Below are positions 23,621-36,569 of a stretch of 64,000 nucleotides of DNA, in pieces. Below the pieces are notes generated by a model. That model searched no databases, was not told the origin of the DNA, and saw only the letters and a list, made by a program, of their open reading frames with translations. The stretch lies in the NCBI RefSeq assembly GCF_001194135.2, contig NC_068993.1:32733138-32797137 (forward strand). Reading direction: 5' to 3'. The stretch is from Octopus bimaculoides. Lineage: Eukaryota. How positions within the stretch are numbered: the first letter of the stretch is position 1; the number at the start of each line of letters is the position of its first letter. A program made the translations under genes and the position numbers.

Positions 23621-24360
23621 TGTGCTGCCCAAGAGCAAGCACTGAGAACAAATTACATTAAATACAGAATAGACAACACATCAGAAAGTGATAAGTGCAG
23701 AATTTGTGGACAAAATCGTGAAACCGTATAGCACATTACCAGTCAATGTATGCCACTAGCCCAGAAAGAATATGAGACATCAGGACAATATAGCAAGAAT
23801 TGTCCATTGGACACTTTGCAACAAGTATGGACTTGACAGAGCAAAAAAGTAGTACAAACATAAACCTGAAGGCATCATCAAAAATGATAATGCAAAGATT
23901 ATATGGGATTTCATGATTCAGTGCAACCATGAGATAGAGAATAGGAAGCCAGACATAGTGTTAATTGAGAAAGAAAGCAAATGATGTTGGATCATAGATA
24001 TAGCATGCCCAGCTGACAACAAGGTATGCAATAAGGAAGAAATAAAAGTCAAAAGATATGACAGGTTAGCTTGGGAGGTTAAGCAGTTGTGATTGATGAA
24101 AAATGTGATAGTAGTACCAATAATTGTCGGAGCCCTGGGGACAATGAGTAAAATTTTGAGAAGTACATGGAACAAATAGGGGCTGCAATAAGGGTGGATC
24201 ACTTGCAGAAAACAGCACTGCTTAGAATTGCTTGAATACTCTGGATGGTGCTGGAAAAATAAGGGGAGTTACCTTAGTTCACTGGTAGTGAACAGTTGGC
24301 ACCATAATACATCTCCAGCGATAGAAGCTGTGCAAAGACAATGAATAATAATAATAGTCA
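23621..24360 (+). mobile_element. R4/Dong element B 3' fragment (second knuckle, RLE, (AAT)n tail)
   Basis: CAAQEQALRTNYIK, CRICGQNRETV, ILWDF-like region, KPDIVL, IDIACP, VVPIIVGALG; tail near 24345-24357. Confidence 0.85.
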
Positions 24361-24406
24361 ATAAGAAGAGCATGATGCGATTTGTAATAGACTGTTTGTT
24401 TAATGG

Positions 24407-24451
24407 TTTGAATGATATTTCAACAGATTGTCTGCCTTCTTCAGGTTCAAA
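24407..24451 (-). ncRNA. Minimal type I hammerhead motif (decayed) in inverted pLTR
   Basis: UUUGAAC-CUGAAGA-A-GGCAGA-caa-UCUGUU-GAAA-UA-UC-AUUCAAA. Confidence 0.7.
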
Positions 24452-25291
24452 ATGTAAAATGAAAATAACCACAGAAACACAGAAATTCAAAATATAAACA
24501 CACAGTCCACTCGGCACATTGTTTATCCATCACACCAACAACAATCGTTTTATTCTATCAACCAATTTTTCAGAGATGTCCATGTTTATGACAGTTTAAA
24601 TTTACTAGCATCACAAGAACTGCACAGATAACAACACTCTACTCGCGACAAACAAACGTAACTCCTACAGTTCAACAACTTCAAATTATTAATCCCCAGG
24701 TTGGCTCATATGATTGCGGTCTTGTGACCCTTACATATACATTTGAACTAGTCATTGGAAACTCTCCAGAGAAGTTTATATTTGATCAGTCAAAAATGCA
24801 AACTCATTTAAAATTCTGCTTTGAGAACAATAAGTTTGTTCTTTTCCTGAAAGTAAAAGTTTTTCAAATGCCAACAAAAACCAAAGAAGTCACTTTTTAT
24901 CACCCACCCAGGAATGGATTACTGCTACAAAGATGACAAAAAGTAATGACTTCACACATTAACATTCAAAACAATTTTTTATCACCCAATAGGTTCTATG
25001 TTTAAGTGAAGAATTCAAACAAAAATCAAAAGATAGTCAGAAATCAAATGAAAGCAAGACTGTGGAAAACACTTGCCCAAGAAAATCCATCACGCTAGAG
25101 AATAAGTCAGTCATAAATTTATCTAAGCTAAACCCTTCACTGGACAACATTTCTGTCCTAGAGTTTGGACTGAGTTTCTGCTCAAGCACTAAGAATTTCC
25201 CCAAAAATAAACTAGCTCAAGGGTTATTTCAGTTTGTCCAGTGTCACAAGCTTAGGGAATATCTTTTTTGAGAAAAATGGTAACATGGAAT

Positions 25292-25871
25292 CAGAAAAGC
25301 TGCCGTCATTGGTCCTTACTTTTTTGAAGACAATAATGGAAATGCTGTTACTGTGAACTCCAAATGCTACATCGAGATGATAAACAACTTCTTTGTGCCT
25401 GAATTACAACAAAAACGTATGCCTATTCGACATGTGTGATTTCAGCAGGATGGGGCACTGGCCCACACAACCAGCGCATCAATGGATGTTCTTCATCCTC
25501 TCTTCGGTGACTGCCTCATTTCCAGGTTTGCTGACATTCCTTGCTCCTCTCCCCCCTCGGTTTCCTGAGTTGTCCATGTACGATTATTTTTTGAGCCCCA
25601 TATATTAGACAATTTGAAAGAAGCTATTCATGTGGAAGATGCCCAAATCGACAGAGTAATGCTGGTGAGAGTGGAGACCAACTTCCAAGAAATATTTCAG
25701 AAATGCATCAATGAAAATGGACAACACATGACAGATGTGTTCTTTTCCACAGTTGATTTTAACAAATGCTAATTCAATATGAACACATTGATGTCAATAA
25801 AATTTGTTTGCAGCTAAGATTAATGATTTTGTGAATTTTTCAAAAACATCAGTCCTTTCTGCCCTACCCTG
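25292..25871 (+). mobile_element. Tc1/mariner (rosa/maT-like) 3' half
   Basis: VIGPYFFED.NG.AVTVN, FQQDGA.AHT; terminus ...gccctaccctg followed by TA. Confidence 0.8.
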
Positions 25872-26867
25872 TAATTCTGGAAATGGAGGAAAACAATTTC
25901 ATAAAAAAGATTGAACCCAGAATTTTACGGTCAGAACAAAACAACACCTGTATTTTATGGTCCCCGCAAAATACACAAAAAGTTCGAAAAATTCTCTCCA
26001 ATGCACCTAATTTGCAGCAGATATGAATGTTGTACAGCCAAAATTTCAGAGTGGCTGGATGACTTTCTACTCCCTGTAGCAAAAAGATCAAGTTCCTATA
26101 TTTGGGATACTTTTGATTTTGTGTCCAAAATTAACAACCTTTCTATGCATCAAAAAAGTGTCGAAAACTGTTTTTTGGTAACCAAGGATATTTCTTCACT
26201 ATACCCCAATATTGACCATGAAGAGGGGTGGAAACATGCATGAATGCTTTTGAAAAACAGTCAAACAAAAGTATTCCATCTAATTTTCTCTGTAAGTTAT
26301 TTAAGTTTGTGTTACAAAGTAAAACAATGAAGTTTGGACAAAAACTTTACCACCAGATGAGGGGTTGTGCCAATGGATACCCCATGGCAGTTAATTTCCC
26401 TGTCTTCATGACAAAATTCAAGACACAATGATGACATTCAAATCACTGCATGGTCATGAACCAATATCCTGGTTATAGTTCATTAATGACATCTTTTTCA
26501 TCTGGGAAGGATCACAGCACAGTTTAGTTAACTTCTTGCATTTCTGTGACTGTTACGCTAAAAACTGTGGCTTTTAAGTTCAATATAAAATTTATGTCTA
26601 GTTTTTCAAAAACTAGCAGGAAGTTATTTTGCAAGCCCCATCATCCCACATTTACCTTCACTGCCACTTGGATCTTCTACATAATATAATTAGGTCAAAA
26701 TCCAAAAGCACAATTTTTGAGGACAAAACAGATTTGAACTGAGGCAGAGGATTACTGGTAACATGCAAATGCTTTTGTACACCACTATGTCAAATATGAT
26801 TACACCATGACTAAAGGAAATTGCAAATGACACAGCTAAGATTAGCAAGGAAAGTCAAATTTCTATG

Positions 26868-27872
26868 TGTAGGGTACTGTCCAAGGATTTATATGTCGGG
26901 TCCTGCCCAAAGATTTATGACAGACGATCTGTAGACGGGAGCTCCAGACATAGATCTCTAATCAGCACAGGAGCAGAAGTCAGTATGATCCCAGTGTCAG
27001 CAAAGGACCTCCATTATGGAAAGTGAAGCCAACTCTTAATGGCTGCCAATGGCTCCACAATTGAGGTGTATGGTTTCCACATCTTTTCTCCCAACATCAG
27101 CTCACAAAAATACGCAGGCATTCACCATCGCTGATGTCCATCAGCCCATTATTGGGGCAGACTGTCTTCGAGCGCACTTGCTACTGGTTGATTTGAAGGG
27201 GAGACGACTCATCAACAGCAACACATGCCCTTCTGTGTCTCTTGCAACATCTGCACATGCTGCCTCCTGCATAGCAACTGCCTCTCAGACTGAGAACAAA
27301 TTCTCGAATCTTCTTACGAGTCACCCCAATCTCACTACCCTGACATTCTCCAAACCTACAGTCTGCCACAGAGTGACACACCACATCCCCCCCCCCACCC
27401 AGTGCACAGCCGTGCATGTCATTTATCACCAGACAAACTTGCTGTTGCAAAGGCCAAGTTTGACAGTATGGAGGCGTTAGGCATAGTTTGCCAATCAAGT
27501 CTCTGGTCATCGCCCCTGCATGTGGCACTGAAAGCCAAAGAAGGTGGGCAACCTTGTGGAGATTACCACCATCTCAACGCAGACATGATGCCCAGCTGCA
27601 ATTCTATTCTGCACATACAGGACTTCTCAGCCCAGTTATATATGTAGGGTACTGCCCAAGGATTTATGATGGACAAACTGTAGACAGGAACTTCGCTGCA
27701 TGCTAGCTAGGGAACTGGTCTGCAGAAAAGCAGACTTCCAGTTAGGCAGGACTTCTATGAAGCACGAGTTGACTGATGACTGTTGCCCTCATGTGTTTAA
27801 CTAAATCAATCTTCCACCAACACACTCTGGTTCTCCGTTGATTTTTTTGTGTATAGCTTAACTAAAGCTATA
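26868..27872 (+). mobile_element. Deleted CsRn1-like Gypsy (partial 5' LTR, protease, RT start, 3' LTR 27643-27872)
   Basis: Both ends start TGTAGGGTACTG.CCAAGGATTTAT. Protease LISTGAEVSMIP...AANGSTI; RT LSPDKLAVAKAKF...WSSPLHV...PCGDY. Flanks TATG and CATG. Confidence 0.8.
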
Positions 27873-28718
27873 CATGCATCGCTTTAGCAACCAAAGTAAA
27901 ATTTATGACAGAATTCCTTTAGTGATTAACTGGCATCAAAATTTCACTAGCATTTCAAAAATGTTACATGAAAGTCACCAGCATATTGCAGAAAAATATC
28001 ATTTCAAAAAAATATTCCCTCAGCCACCTACCTATTATAGCCTTTAGATGCAATAAAAAGATAAGAGAAATATTAACCACTACCATTGGAGTTTCTGAAT
28101 GCTGCACCTTGATAAACAGCTGCAAGAGAGGTAAGCCCTGTTCATTGTGCAACAACATGAGTCAAGTTAATTCCATCACAAATCATAACAGAAATGTTAT
28201 GATTTAAACAGAAAATGAAACATGTAAAAATTCCCATTTGGTATACACAGCAGAATGCACGAAACATAACTTGATTTATGTTGGTTGTACAACAAACTAA
28301 TTAAACAAAAGATTCAATGGGCACAGATAGGATGTCAAGCACAATAACAGTAGTTCGAGAGAACTTGCCAAACATTTTACATCAAATGGCTGCAATTTTG
28401 AGGAACACCTGAAAGTGCACATTCTTGGAAAATACTCTGACTCTACTACACTTTCAGTCCTTCAAATGCAAGATGACAAATATATTTGTGAATTACTAAC
28501 GTCATACCCTGGATGAATGAATAAAATGATGGGTGAATTTCATCACATTTGCACAAAACTGTTCAACTAATTATGTTTTTTTTTCTATTTTTTCTTTCTT
28601 CTTTTTACCAGTTATAAAAGTGAAAACTGATGATGTCATTCTATCAAAATAGAAATGCAGGATTTCTTCATTTATATGTTGAATTTATGTGTTTCTGAGG
28701 TTTTACATTTTGACAGCC

Positions 28719-28759
28719 AACCTGAAGAAGACAGCCAACCTGTTGAAATATTGTTCAAA
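28719..28759 (+). ncRNA. Minimal type I hammerhead motif (decayed) in 3' pLTR
   Basis: AAC-CUGAAGA-A-GACAG-ccaac-CUGUU-GAAA-UA-UU-GUUCAAA; stem I shortened by a local duplication. Confidence 0.7.
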
Positions 28760-28869
28760 CCATTAAAGAAACAGTCTATTACAAATTGCACTGCATTCTT
28801 CTTATTGTCTATTTAATCTCATGAAGAGTTGCAATAGTCTTTATAAATTAATAATAATAACAATATTTT

Positions 28870-29960
28870 AAAAAGATTGACCTAACTGCTCTTGAATTTT
28901 TGGACACAAAAGTTAAGTTTTCTGGAAGCAGAATAGTGACAGAGTTATTTTCCAAGCCCACATTATCCTGCATTTACCTCTACTGCCACTCCAATCATCC
29001 ACATCATATAATCCAGTCAAATCCGAAATCCCAAGTTTTGAGGATAAAACGGACTTGTACTGATACAGGAGATTACTGGAAACAAGCAAATGCTTTTGTA
29101 CACCATTATGTCAAGTGCGCTTACAGTGAATCACAATTAAAAGAAATTGAAAATGACATAGCTAAGATTAACAAGGAAAGTCAAACTTTCACACATAATT
29201 TTAGCAAACAAAGTACAAAATGTGACAAAATTCCTTTACTGATTAACTGGCACCGAAATTTTGCTGGCATTTCAAAAGTGTTACATGAAAGTTACCAGCA
29301 TGTTGCAGAAAAATATCCTCGTTTCAAACATATATTTCCTCAGCCACCTATTGTTGCCTTTAGAGGAAATAAAAATATTATATAAAATATAAGAGAACTA
29401 TTAGCTTCTACTTCTGACTCCAAGAAAACTAACATTGGAGTTTCTGCATGCTGTACCTTGAAAAACAGCCACAAAAGAGGAAAGCACTGTTCATTGTGCA
29501 ACAACATGAGTGAAGTCAATTCCATCACAAATCATAATAGAAATGATATGATTTACGTGGAAGGTGGGACATTCCTATTTGGTGTATGTAGCAGAATGCA
29601 CCAAACACAACTTGATTCATGTTGGTTGTTCAACAGAACAATAAAACAAGATTCAATGGGCACAGATATGACGTCAGACACAATAACAGTTGTTCGAGAG
29701 AACTTGCCAAACATTTGGCATCAAATGACTGCAATTTTGAAAAAGACTTGAAAGTGCATATTCTCAGAAAATATTCTGAATCTGCTACACTTTCAGTTCT
29801 CAAAATACATGAGAAGAAATATGCTTGTTAGTCATTAACATAACACCCTGGAGGGATGAATAATATGACAGAAGAATTTCATCATATTTACACAAAACTG
29901 CTTGATTAAATATTCTTTTTCCTTTTCTTTTATTTCACATTCATGTTGAATATGCAGCAA
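28870..29960 (+). mobile_element. Partial tandem Penelope copy (RT C-terminus plus GIY-YIG)
   Basis: FLDTKV...TELFSKPT...YLYCHSNHPHHI...IPLLINWH...FPQPPIVAFR; paralogous to 26640-28560. Confidence 0.9.
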
Positions 29961-29999
29961 TCTTATGTTCTCTTCATAGAACACTTATAATGTATGTAT

Positions 30000-30550
30000 T
30001 ACCAGTTCTTTTGGCATAGTAGATTTTTGCTATTCTTGTTTATGTTTCCTCACAGACATGTATATTCTAACAAGCCGCTTCTTAAATTTCGCACCTCTCT
30101 TGTTCAATAAACATTGAATTAAACTTGCAAAGCTGTTTATTTTCTCCTTTTGATTTTTAATGTTTATTTCAGCGAGTAACCAAACTATCAGTTTGGTCTC
30201 CCTGCTAAAAATTGGTGACCCCGTCTCAAGAACTTTCTGCTTTTGTCTGAAGAATCTTCTACCTTCAAATTTTTGCAGGAGATACAGCATTTAACTCTTG
30301 TTTTGGTGTAGAAATATTTTCTTCACACTCTTGTCTCATACAAAGGGAATTTCAACTTGTTTAATGCTATACCCAGCTTTTCTTATGTTTAAGCGGCTTA
30401 TATAACTAGTGGCTTGTTGGTATCTCTCCGCCCGAGAATTTTTGAATACCAATCAGTTATTTTAACACAGCATGTCATCTCTACCAGTTTGGCACCTGAA
30501 TCCACTTTCTTTCCCGTGTTAACCATCATTTTTGCTACAAATTTCCAGCA
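30000..30550 (-). mobile_element. Possible R4/Dong N-terminal fragment
   Basis: Basic ORF with TKLIV...EINIK...KKRL...RK; weak similarity. Confidence 0.35.
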
Positions 30551-30559
30551 GTATGAATC

Positions 30560-31140
30560 CGTCGACCATACCAGTTTTTAATAGCGATAAGATATTCTGC
30601 TGATTTCCTAAACTGGACTATAGAAGAACTAAGAAGCATAGATTGTAAAACCAGAAAGACAATGTCCATATACAAGTTACCACATCTCAGAGACAGTGCC
30701 AATAGGTTATACCTACAATGGAAAGAGATGGGGAGAGGTCTGAAATCAATAGAAGATTGAGTAAAGATGGCAAAATGAGATATACAAGAGTATGTGAGAA
30801 GCAACCCTGAAAGATTGATTTCAGCTGCCAGAGAAGAGGAGAAAGAAGTTGTGGGACAGCAACAGAATACAAGAAAAGAAGAGAACAGGAGTGAGAAAGA
30901 AATACCTGGGGAAAAGAACTACACGGTTAGCATCTCAGACAAATACAGGACATCACAACATACAAGTCTTGGCTATGGCTGAAGAATGGAGATCTTAAGA
31001 AAGAAACAAGACTCATAATGGCTGCTCAAAGCCATTCATTTCAGACGAATATCATTAAGGCCAAAATAGATAAATCCGTGAAAAGTGCCAAGTGCAGAGT
31101 TTGTAATGAGAAAGGGGAATCTATTATGCACATAATAAGT
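30560..31140 (+). mobile_element. R4/Dong post-RT fragment
   Basis: NWTIEELRSIDCKTRKTM, GRGLKSIED, WLKNGDLKKET, CRVCNEKGESIMHII. Confidence 0.75.
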
Positions 31141-31149
31141 CCCCGAAGT

Positions 31150-32790
31150 TAGCTCCATTCAATTTCAACCCTTTGGGATCTGAAATGGCTTTTCATTTTC
31201 AAACCAACAATATTTGAAACAAATCATGGCATCAAATTCTTTGACAAACAATGAGATAAAAGAAAGAGAAAATTTTGATACAGTTTTCACATTGTTGGCT
31301 CAAACCAGCACCACCATAACTGTCACAGCCAGTGCCAACTGAAACAATGACAAAACCAACAACAGTGATGACAAGGCAAATGAGGAAGAAAATGAAATCA
31401 ATAAGAACCTCTATGTAAACAACAAACATGAAAATGACATAAAAATTTTAAACTGTCTGACCAACACACCATCATTTTCCACTTCTACTGCTGCCACCAC
31501 AAGAAAGAAGATGCAACAGACAATTCACCCATCACTGCCTTTACTAAAATTTCCATCAAATGCATGAAGAAATTACTATCTAGGTGGACAGGTTAAAAAA
31601 GGCAAAACACATGTTGATGGAACAAGGAAGACATAAATTTAACTATCCCATTCTCCATCCAACAGGAGACAAAGTCAAAAACAATTACTTATAGAACAAT
31701 TAGTATGAAAACAAAGACATTAGAACAAGCAACATAAAAAGGTAGAGAAAATGTCTAAAACTAAGCTAGGTATTAAATGTTGTGTCGCCAGGGAAAGAAA
31801 GTATAGTATGGTAGAAGTTAGATTCCCTGCTGAAAGAGGCAATAAAACACTCAATGACAATGCTGAAAAGTGAAGAACAGGTGACCATGCCAGTCTATCT
31901 TGACCAAAGAGTTGTCAAAATCAAAAGAGTTGACATCCTCCCAAAAATCACCATGTGTTAGTTGGTGGCAGCAGTTCTCTTTGATACATAACAGAAAACC
32001 AGAATTCTGCAAATGCAGAGGCTGCAGAAACAGAACTGGTCAGGTCAAGACTTAGAAATGCTCATTCAGGCTGATAATCAGGTCATGGAAATAGTACTAG
32101 ACCTAATCAATCTACCAGATACTCACAACAATATATGGCCAATGAAGGTAGAAAGCTGAGGAGTAACTTGTGTGGTGACACAAGGTACCTTAAGGTTTTT
32201 TGCCCAAAATAAAAAAGAAAGAAACATGTTCACTACTTCTGCCATCACCACCATCACAGCAGCAACAACACAAAGAAAATCAGGAGCAATATCAATGGCA
32301 GAATGCTGCTACAACAACAGAAACAGCAACATTAACTGAAAGCCCACCACCCACCCACCCACTCAATAATAACAACAAAGCAGAAAGCAATGACCTCCAA
32401 GACATTCCCCCCACCCCACCAAATACGACCCCATGTAGTGTGGTGAAAGTGATGAGGAAGAATAGCAACAGATAATGAACAAAAAAACACAAACATGCCA
32501 ACAAAAAAAGCAGGCAGACCCAACAGACAGAACTTCTCAACAGCAACATACCAACACCACCACCAACACTTCCAACACCATCATCACCATAGACACAGCC
32601 ACCAGCACAAAGACTAGCAAATACAATCATGCCCACAAATCAAAAACAACAACAAAAGTGTCACAAATTTCACTGCCATAAACACAACAAAGCACTAAAG
32701 GAACACATACACAATCACTCAGGCATCACTCAGAGCAATTTCATCGCATCAACAAACAATACACTAACATACATAAAAATCATACAAATA
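31150..32790 (+). mobile_element. Decayed Q/T/P-rich ORF1-like region of an unidentified non-LTR element
   Basis: CA-rich low-complexity coding-like sequence with many stops; no diagnostic motif. Confidence 0.25.
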
Positions 32791-32797
32791 ACACATA

Positions 32798-33550
32798 CAA
32801 GGGGGTACTGAAAAGTTCCTGGTATCGCAAAAGGTAGAACTGTTACCTTTACAGGGGAGTACGACAACTATTTAGGAAAAGATAACTATTTAGGAAAAGA
32901 TAAGCAAAAAATCACAATGGTATACAATATATCTTTCTCTTTTTTGCAGATTTAACACATGATGGTAGCTCCTACAGTGGATTTTGGTAAAATTGAAGCA
33001 TGTGCAGTCATGAAGTTTCTTGTGAGGCAAAGGAGCAGCAGAAATCCATGGCATGATAAAAGAGGTCTTGAAGGATGGCTGCTCATCTTACTCCACAGTG
33101 AAAATCTGGGTGTCAAGATATCGGACTGGTCATTTTGAAGTCATAGATGAACCTCAGTCAGGACAGCCAACTTCCATGACCACAGAAGACAAAGCTAATG
33201 CTGTGCACATCATGATTCTTGAGGAGTGCCGGATTTCAGTTAAAGTCATAGCTGAGACTCTGGGGATTTTCCGCGAAAGAGTTGACCACATTGTCCACAA
33301 CATTGTGGACCTGAGAAAGCTTTCTGCAAAATGGGTGCCAAAATGCCTGAATGCAGATCAGAAGTGCATCACAGTGACAACAACAAGGGCGATTTTGGAC
33401 CAGTTTGCAGAATGAGAGGCTGATTTTATGGCTCGTTTAGTCACCATGGATGAAACTTGACTTCATCATCCTGATCCCCAGATCAAGCAACAATCAATGG
33501 AATGGTGCCACAGTGGTTCACTGCATCCCAAGAAGTTTCGGATCTAGAAA
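32798..33550 (+). mobile_element. Mariner transposon, 5' half
   Basis: TA then TIR caagggggtactgaaaagttcc; HTH, RKLSAKWVP motif, LVTMDET (first catalytic D). Confidence 0.9.
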
Positions 33551-33762
33551 CCTCTTGTACACCTTCATATAACACCATAAAAAACAAGTGCCTGATGGAG
33601 TAGAGAATTTCAGAAAAAACATTAACAAGACTTTATAAAGAACCGTTCATGGAAACACTCACATCTAACCAGAGGGACAGAACATCTATCTCCCCTCCCT
33701 CATAAGATCACTCTCTAAGTAGCTCTATCCTCTGTTCTTCTTTCCTACTGTTTAACACGGCC

Positions 33763-34130
33763 ATGTTCAGAATAGGAAGTATGAAATCATGTAACCTGGC
33801 AGTCACCTTGGTAACAGGGCCACCTACTCAATGACCTCAGGTTAGTGGGCATAAATGTTGTGGCTGTCAGTGAGATCAGACTTTACAATCAAGCTTTCAT
33901 GCTCATTTTCAGTGGATATGAGATTTACTTATATCCATGTCAACCAGGAATGGTGGGTGGGACTGCAATATTGTTCTGGAAGGGTCTGAATATCAAGATA
34001 AGGACCATCTTCCTGGATCCAGAGAGTAAGTCGGTGGTCCTGGATGCGAACAGTAATGACTGGGATGCTTTCAGACTAGTGGCTGTTTACGTTCTGACAG
34101 AGGTAGGACAACTGGATTGATTTCTTCAGA
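33763..34130 (+). mobile_element. L1/Tx1-type APE endonuclease fragment
   Basis: MFRIGSM start, LLNDLR..GINVVAVSE, GGTAIL, FRLVAVY. Confidence 0.65.
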
Positions 34131-34139
34131 CAATGTGGC

Positions 34140-35110
34140 TATAAAAGTTTTGATAAAACTATAAATCATCTCTTTTACATGGATGATTTAAAGCTCTTTG
34201 TAAAAAATGACCAGAAACTACAGGGCTTACTAGCAATTGTAAAACAGTTTAGTGATGACATCAGAATGGAATTTGGCCTTGATAAGAGCACAAAAGCTAC
34301 CTTTATAAGAGGGAAAATGGTAGAAACATCTAATGTCAAACTTGACCGACAGAATGTTATAAAGGAGTTAGAACCAGAGGATTACAAATAGTTAGGGGTA
34401 TATGAAAGTGATGGAATCAAACATTCAATGATGAGGGAAAAGATCAGAAAAGAATGTTATCGCAGGATAAGGGCAATACTCAAGACAGATCTAAATGCAA
34501 GAAACAGAACTGAAGTGACTAATACTTTAGCCATACTGGTTGTAACTTACAGTTTCACTATTATTAACTGGTCAATGAGTGGAATCTGTGAGCTTGATAG
34601 AAAAATTTGAAAATTGTTGACTATGAATAGAATACACGACTCTAAGGCAGATGTATAACGACTTTACTTGCCAAGAAAAGAGGGTAGCCATGGACTTTTA
34701 TAACTCTTACAATTGACACTGAAGATTGCCACAATTGGCTTAAACATTCATCTGAAAAATTCTGATGATTGGATAAAACTTGTCTTAAAGCACAAAAACA
34801 AGAAAACTCAATAACAAAACAAGCAATGAAATATGCAAGTGAATTCCAAATACAGCAAGTTCCAGAATTAGTTGTACTGGAAACAAGCGCAGAAAAAGCC
34901 AAATGCATGAAAACCCTTGCTAAAACTGCTGCCTTAGATATTTGCACTGATAAATAACAAGAAATACCTCTCAATGGTAAATACTCAAAGTGAACAAATA
35001 ATGCTGATGTTGACAAAGCCCTTAACCATCAATGGTTAGCACCTTCTGGCTTAAAATCAGAAACAGAAGGGTTTCTCATAGCAGCCCAAGATTAATTCCT
35101 ACCTACAAGA
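34140..35110 (+). mobile_element. R4/Dong fragment C
   Basis: INHLFYMDDLKLF, MEFGLDK, GLKSETEGFLIAAQD. Confidence 0.9.
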
Positions 35111-35489
35111 AGCTGTAAGGAAATATAAAAAAATAGTGCTCATATGAATTGTTCATATCGTATGAAAAATATTATCCATGCGATTCCAAAAACATTTTAA
35201 TCTGTAAACATTATCAAAAGTACTTTTAAATGTACATAATACCAAACACCTTTTACTGTCATCTTAAGATCACACTATCATCTTATCATCAAGTTATTTT
35301 TAAAACAAACTTTTAATTTTCTTATGTTTTGACAGACATTCTCTAGAATAATACTCTGTGCAAAACCAAAAATATAATCATAATACCAACTTGAACTTCT
35401 AATTGTCTCTCGAGTTCTCTGAATGAAACTTGGAGTTAACTTGTTTAAATACAAAGTAAAAGCCAAATATGACAACAATACGGTAATTG

Positions 35490-36560
35490 AAAATTGCAAA
35501 TACAAACACAGAAACCTTATCACGGCTTCGATAGATTACAAGAAGGCTTTTGATGGTGTCCTCCATGCATGGATCATCAAGACCCTGGAAATTTACAAGA
35601 TAGCTCCAACAATTGTGAACTTTTTAAATGTAATCATGAATTCATGGAGAACCACCCTCATTTTAAACCATACACAAGGATATACCACCTCACCAGACAT
35701 CAATATCATCTGAGGTATCTTACAAGGTGACTCATTATCACTATTACTATTCTGCCTCGTGCTTTTCCCTCTATCCATGCAACTGAATAATGTTAAGAGA
35801 GGGTATAAGATCTTTGATCAGAAAATCAATCATCTACTCTATATGGATGATCTAAAACTGTTTGCCAAAAACAACAAAGATTTAGAAGAGCTCCTGAATA
35901 TTGTCAAAGAATTCAGCTCTGATATAGGTATGGAATTCGGACTTGATAAATATGCAATGGCTACTTTCAAGACAGGGAAGTTCATAAAGGCAGAAAACAT
36001 AAAACTTGATACCACCACAGTTATTCGAAACCTAGACGATTCTGAAGTGTACAAATATCTGGAAACCAATGAAGCTGATGGTATCCAGCATTCTAGAATG
36101 AAAAAGAAAATCTGCAAGGAACGCTATCGAAGGGTAAGAATGGTCCTAAACTCAGAATTAAATGCTGCTAACAGAATTAATGCAACCAATTCTTTGGCAA
36201 TTCCAGTAACCACATATAGCTTTGGTATCATTAAGTGGAGTTTCACTGACATGCAAAATATGGACGGAAAGATCTGTAAAATCTTTACAAGGTACCGAAT
36301 GCACCACCCAAAATCAGATGTAGACAAGATTTATCTCCCAAGAAAAATAGGTGGAAGAAGCCTGATACAGTTCACATAATCCTTCAAACCAGCAATAATA
36401 GACCTTGAAACGTACCTAGTACAACAAGTGATGTGCTCTTACGACCTGCATTGAAGCATGAAGATTCCAAGCAAGCTTCAGTTATGAAGCTTAGTCAGAA
36501 ATTTAAAAAGTCTCTTGGCCTACAAGTTAACAATAAGATTGACCAAAGACACCCAAATAC
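35490..36560 (+). mobile_element. R4/Dong fragment D
   Basis: IDYKKAFD, GILQGDSLS, HLLYMDDLKLF, MHHPKSDVDKIYL. Confidence 0.9.
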
Positions 36561-36569
36561 TGACAGATG

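Larger units (their letters stand above)
24355..28830 (+). mobile_element. Penelope-like element with inverted 5' pLTR, RT, GIY-YIG and direct 3' pLTR; carries two insertions
   Basis: VINLSK...GLSFC N-terminal motif, PVFYGPRKIHK, LVTKDISSLYPNIDH, YHQMRG; GIY-YIG (VYTAECTKHNLIYVG...RFNGHR). 24355-24510 is the reverse complement of ~28665-28815. Confidence 0.85.

Noticed and set aside
32200-32811. Q/T-rich ORFs
   Set aside because: Low-complexity, stop-interrupted; probably decayed TE.
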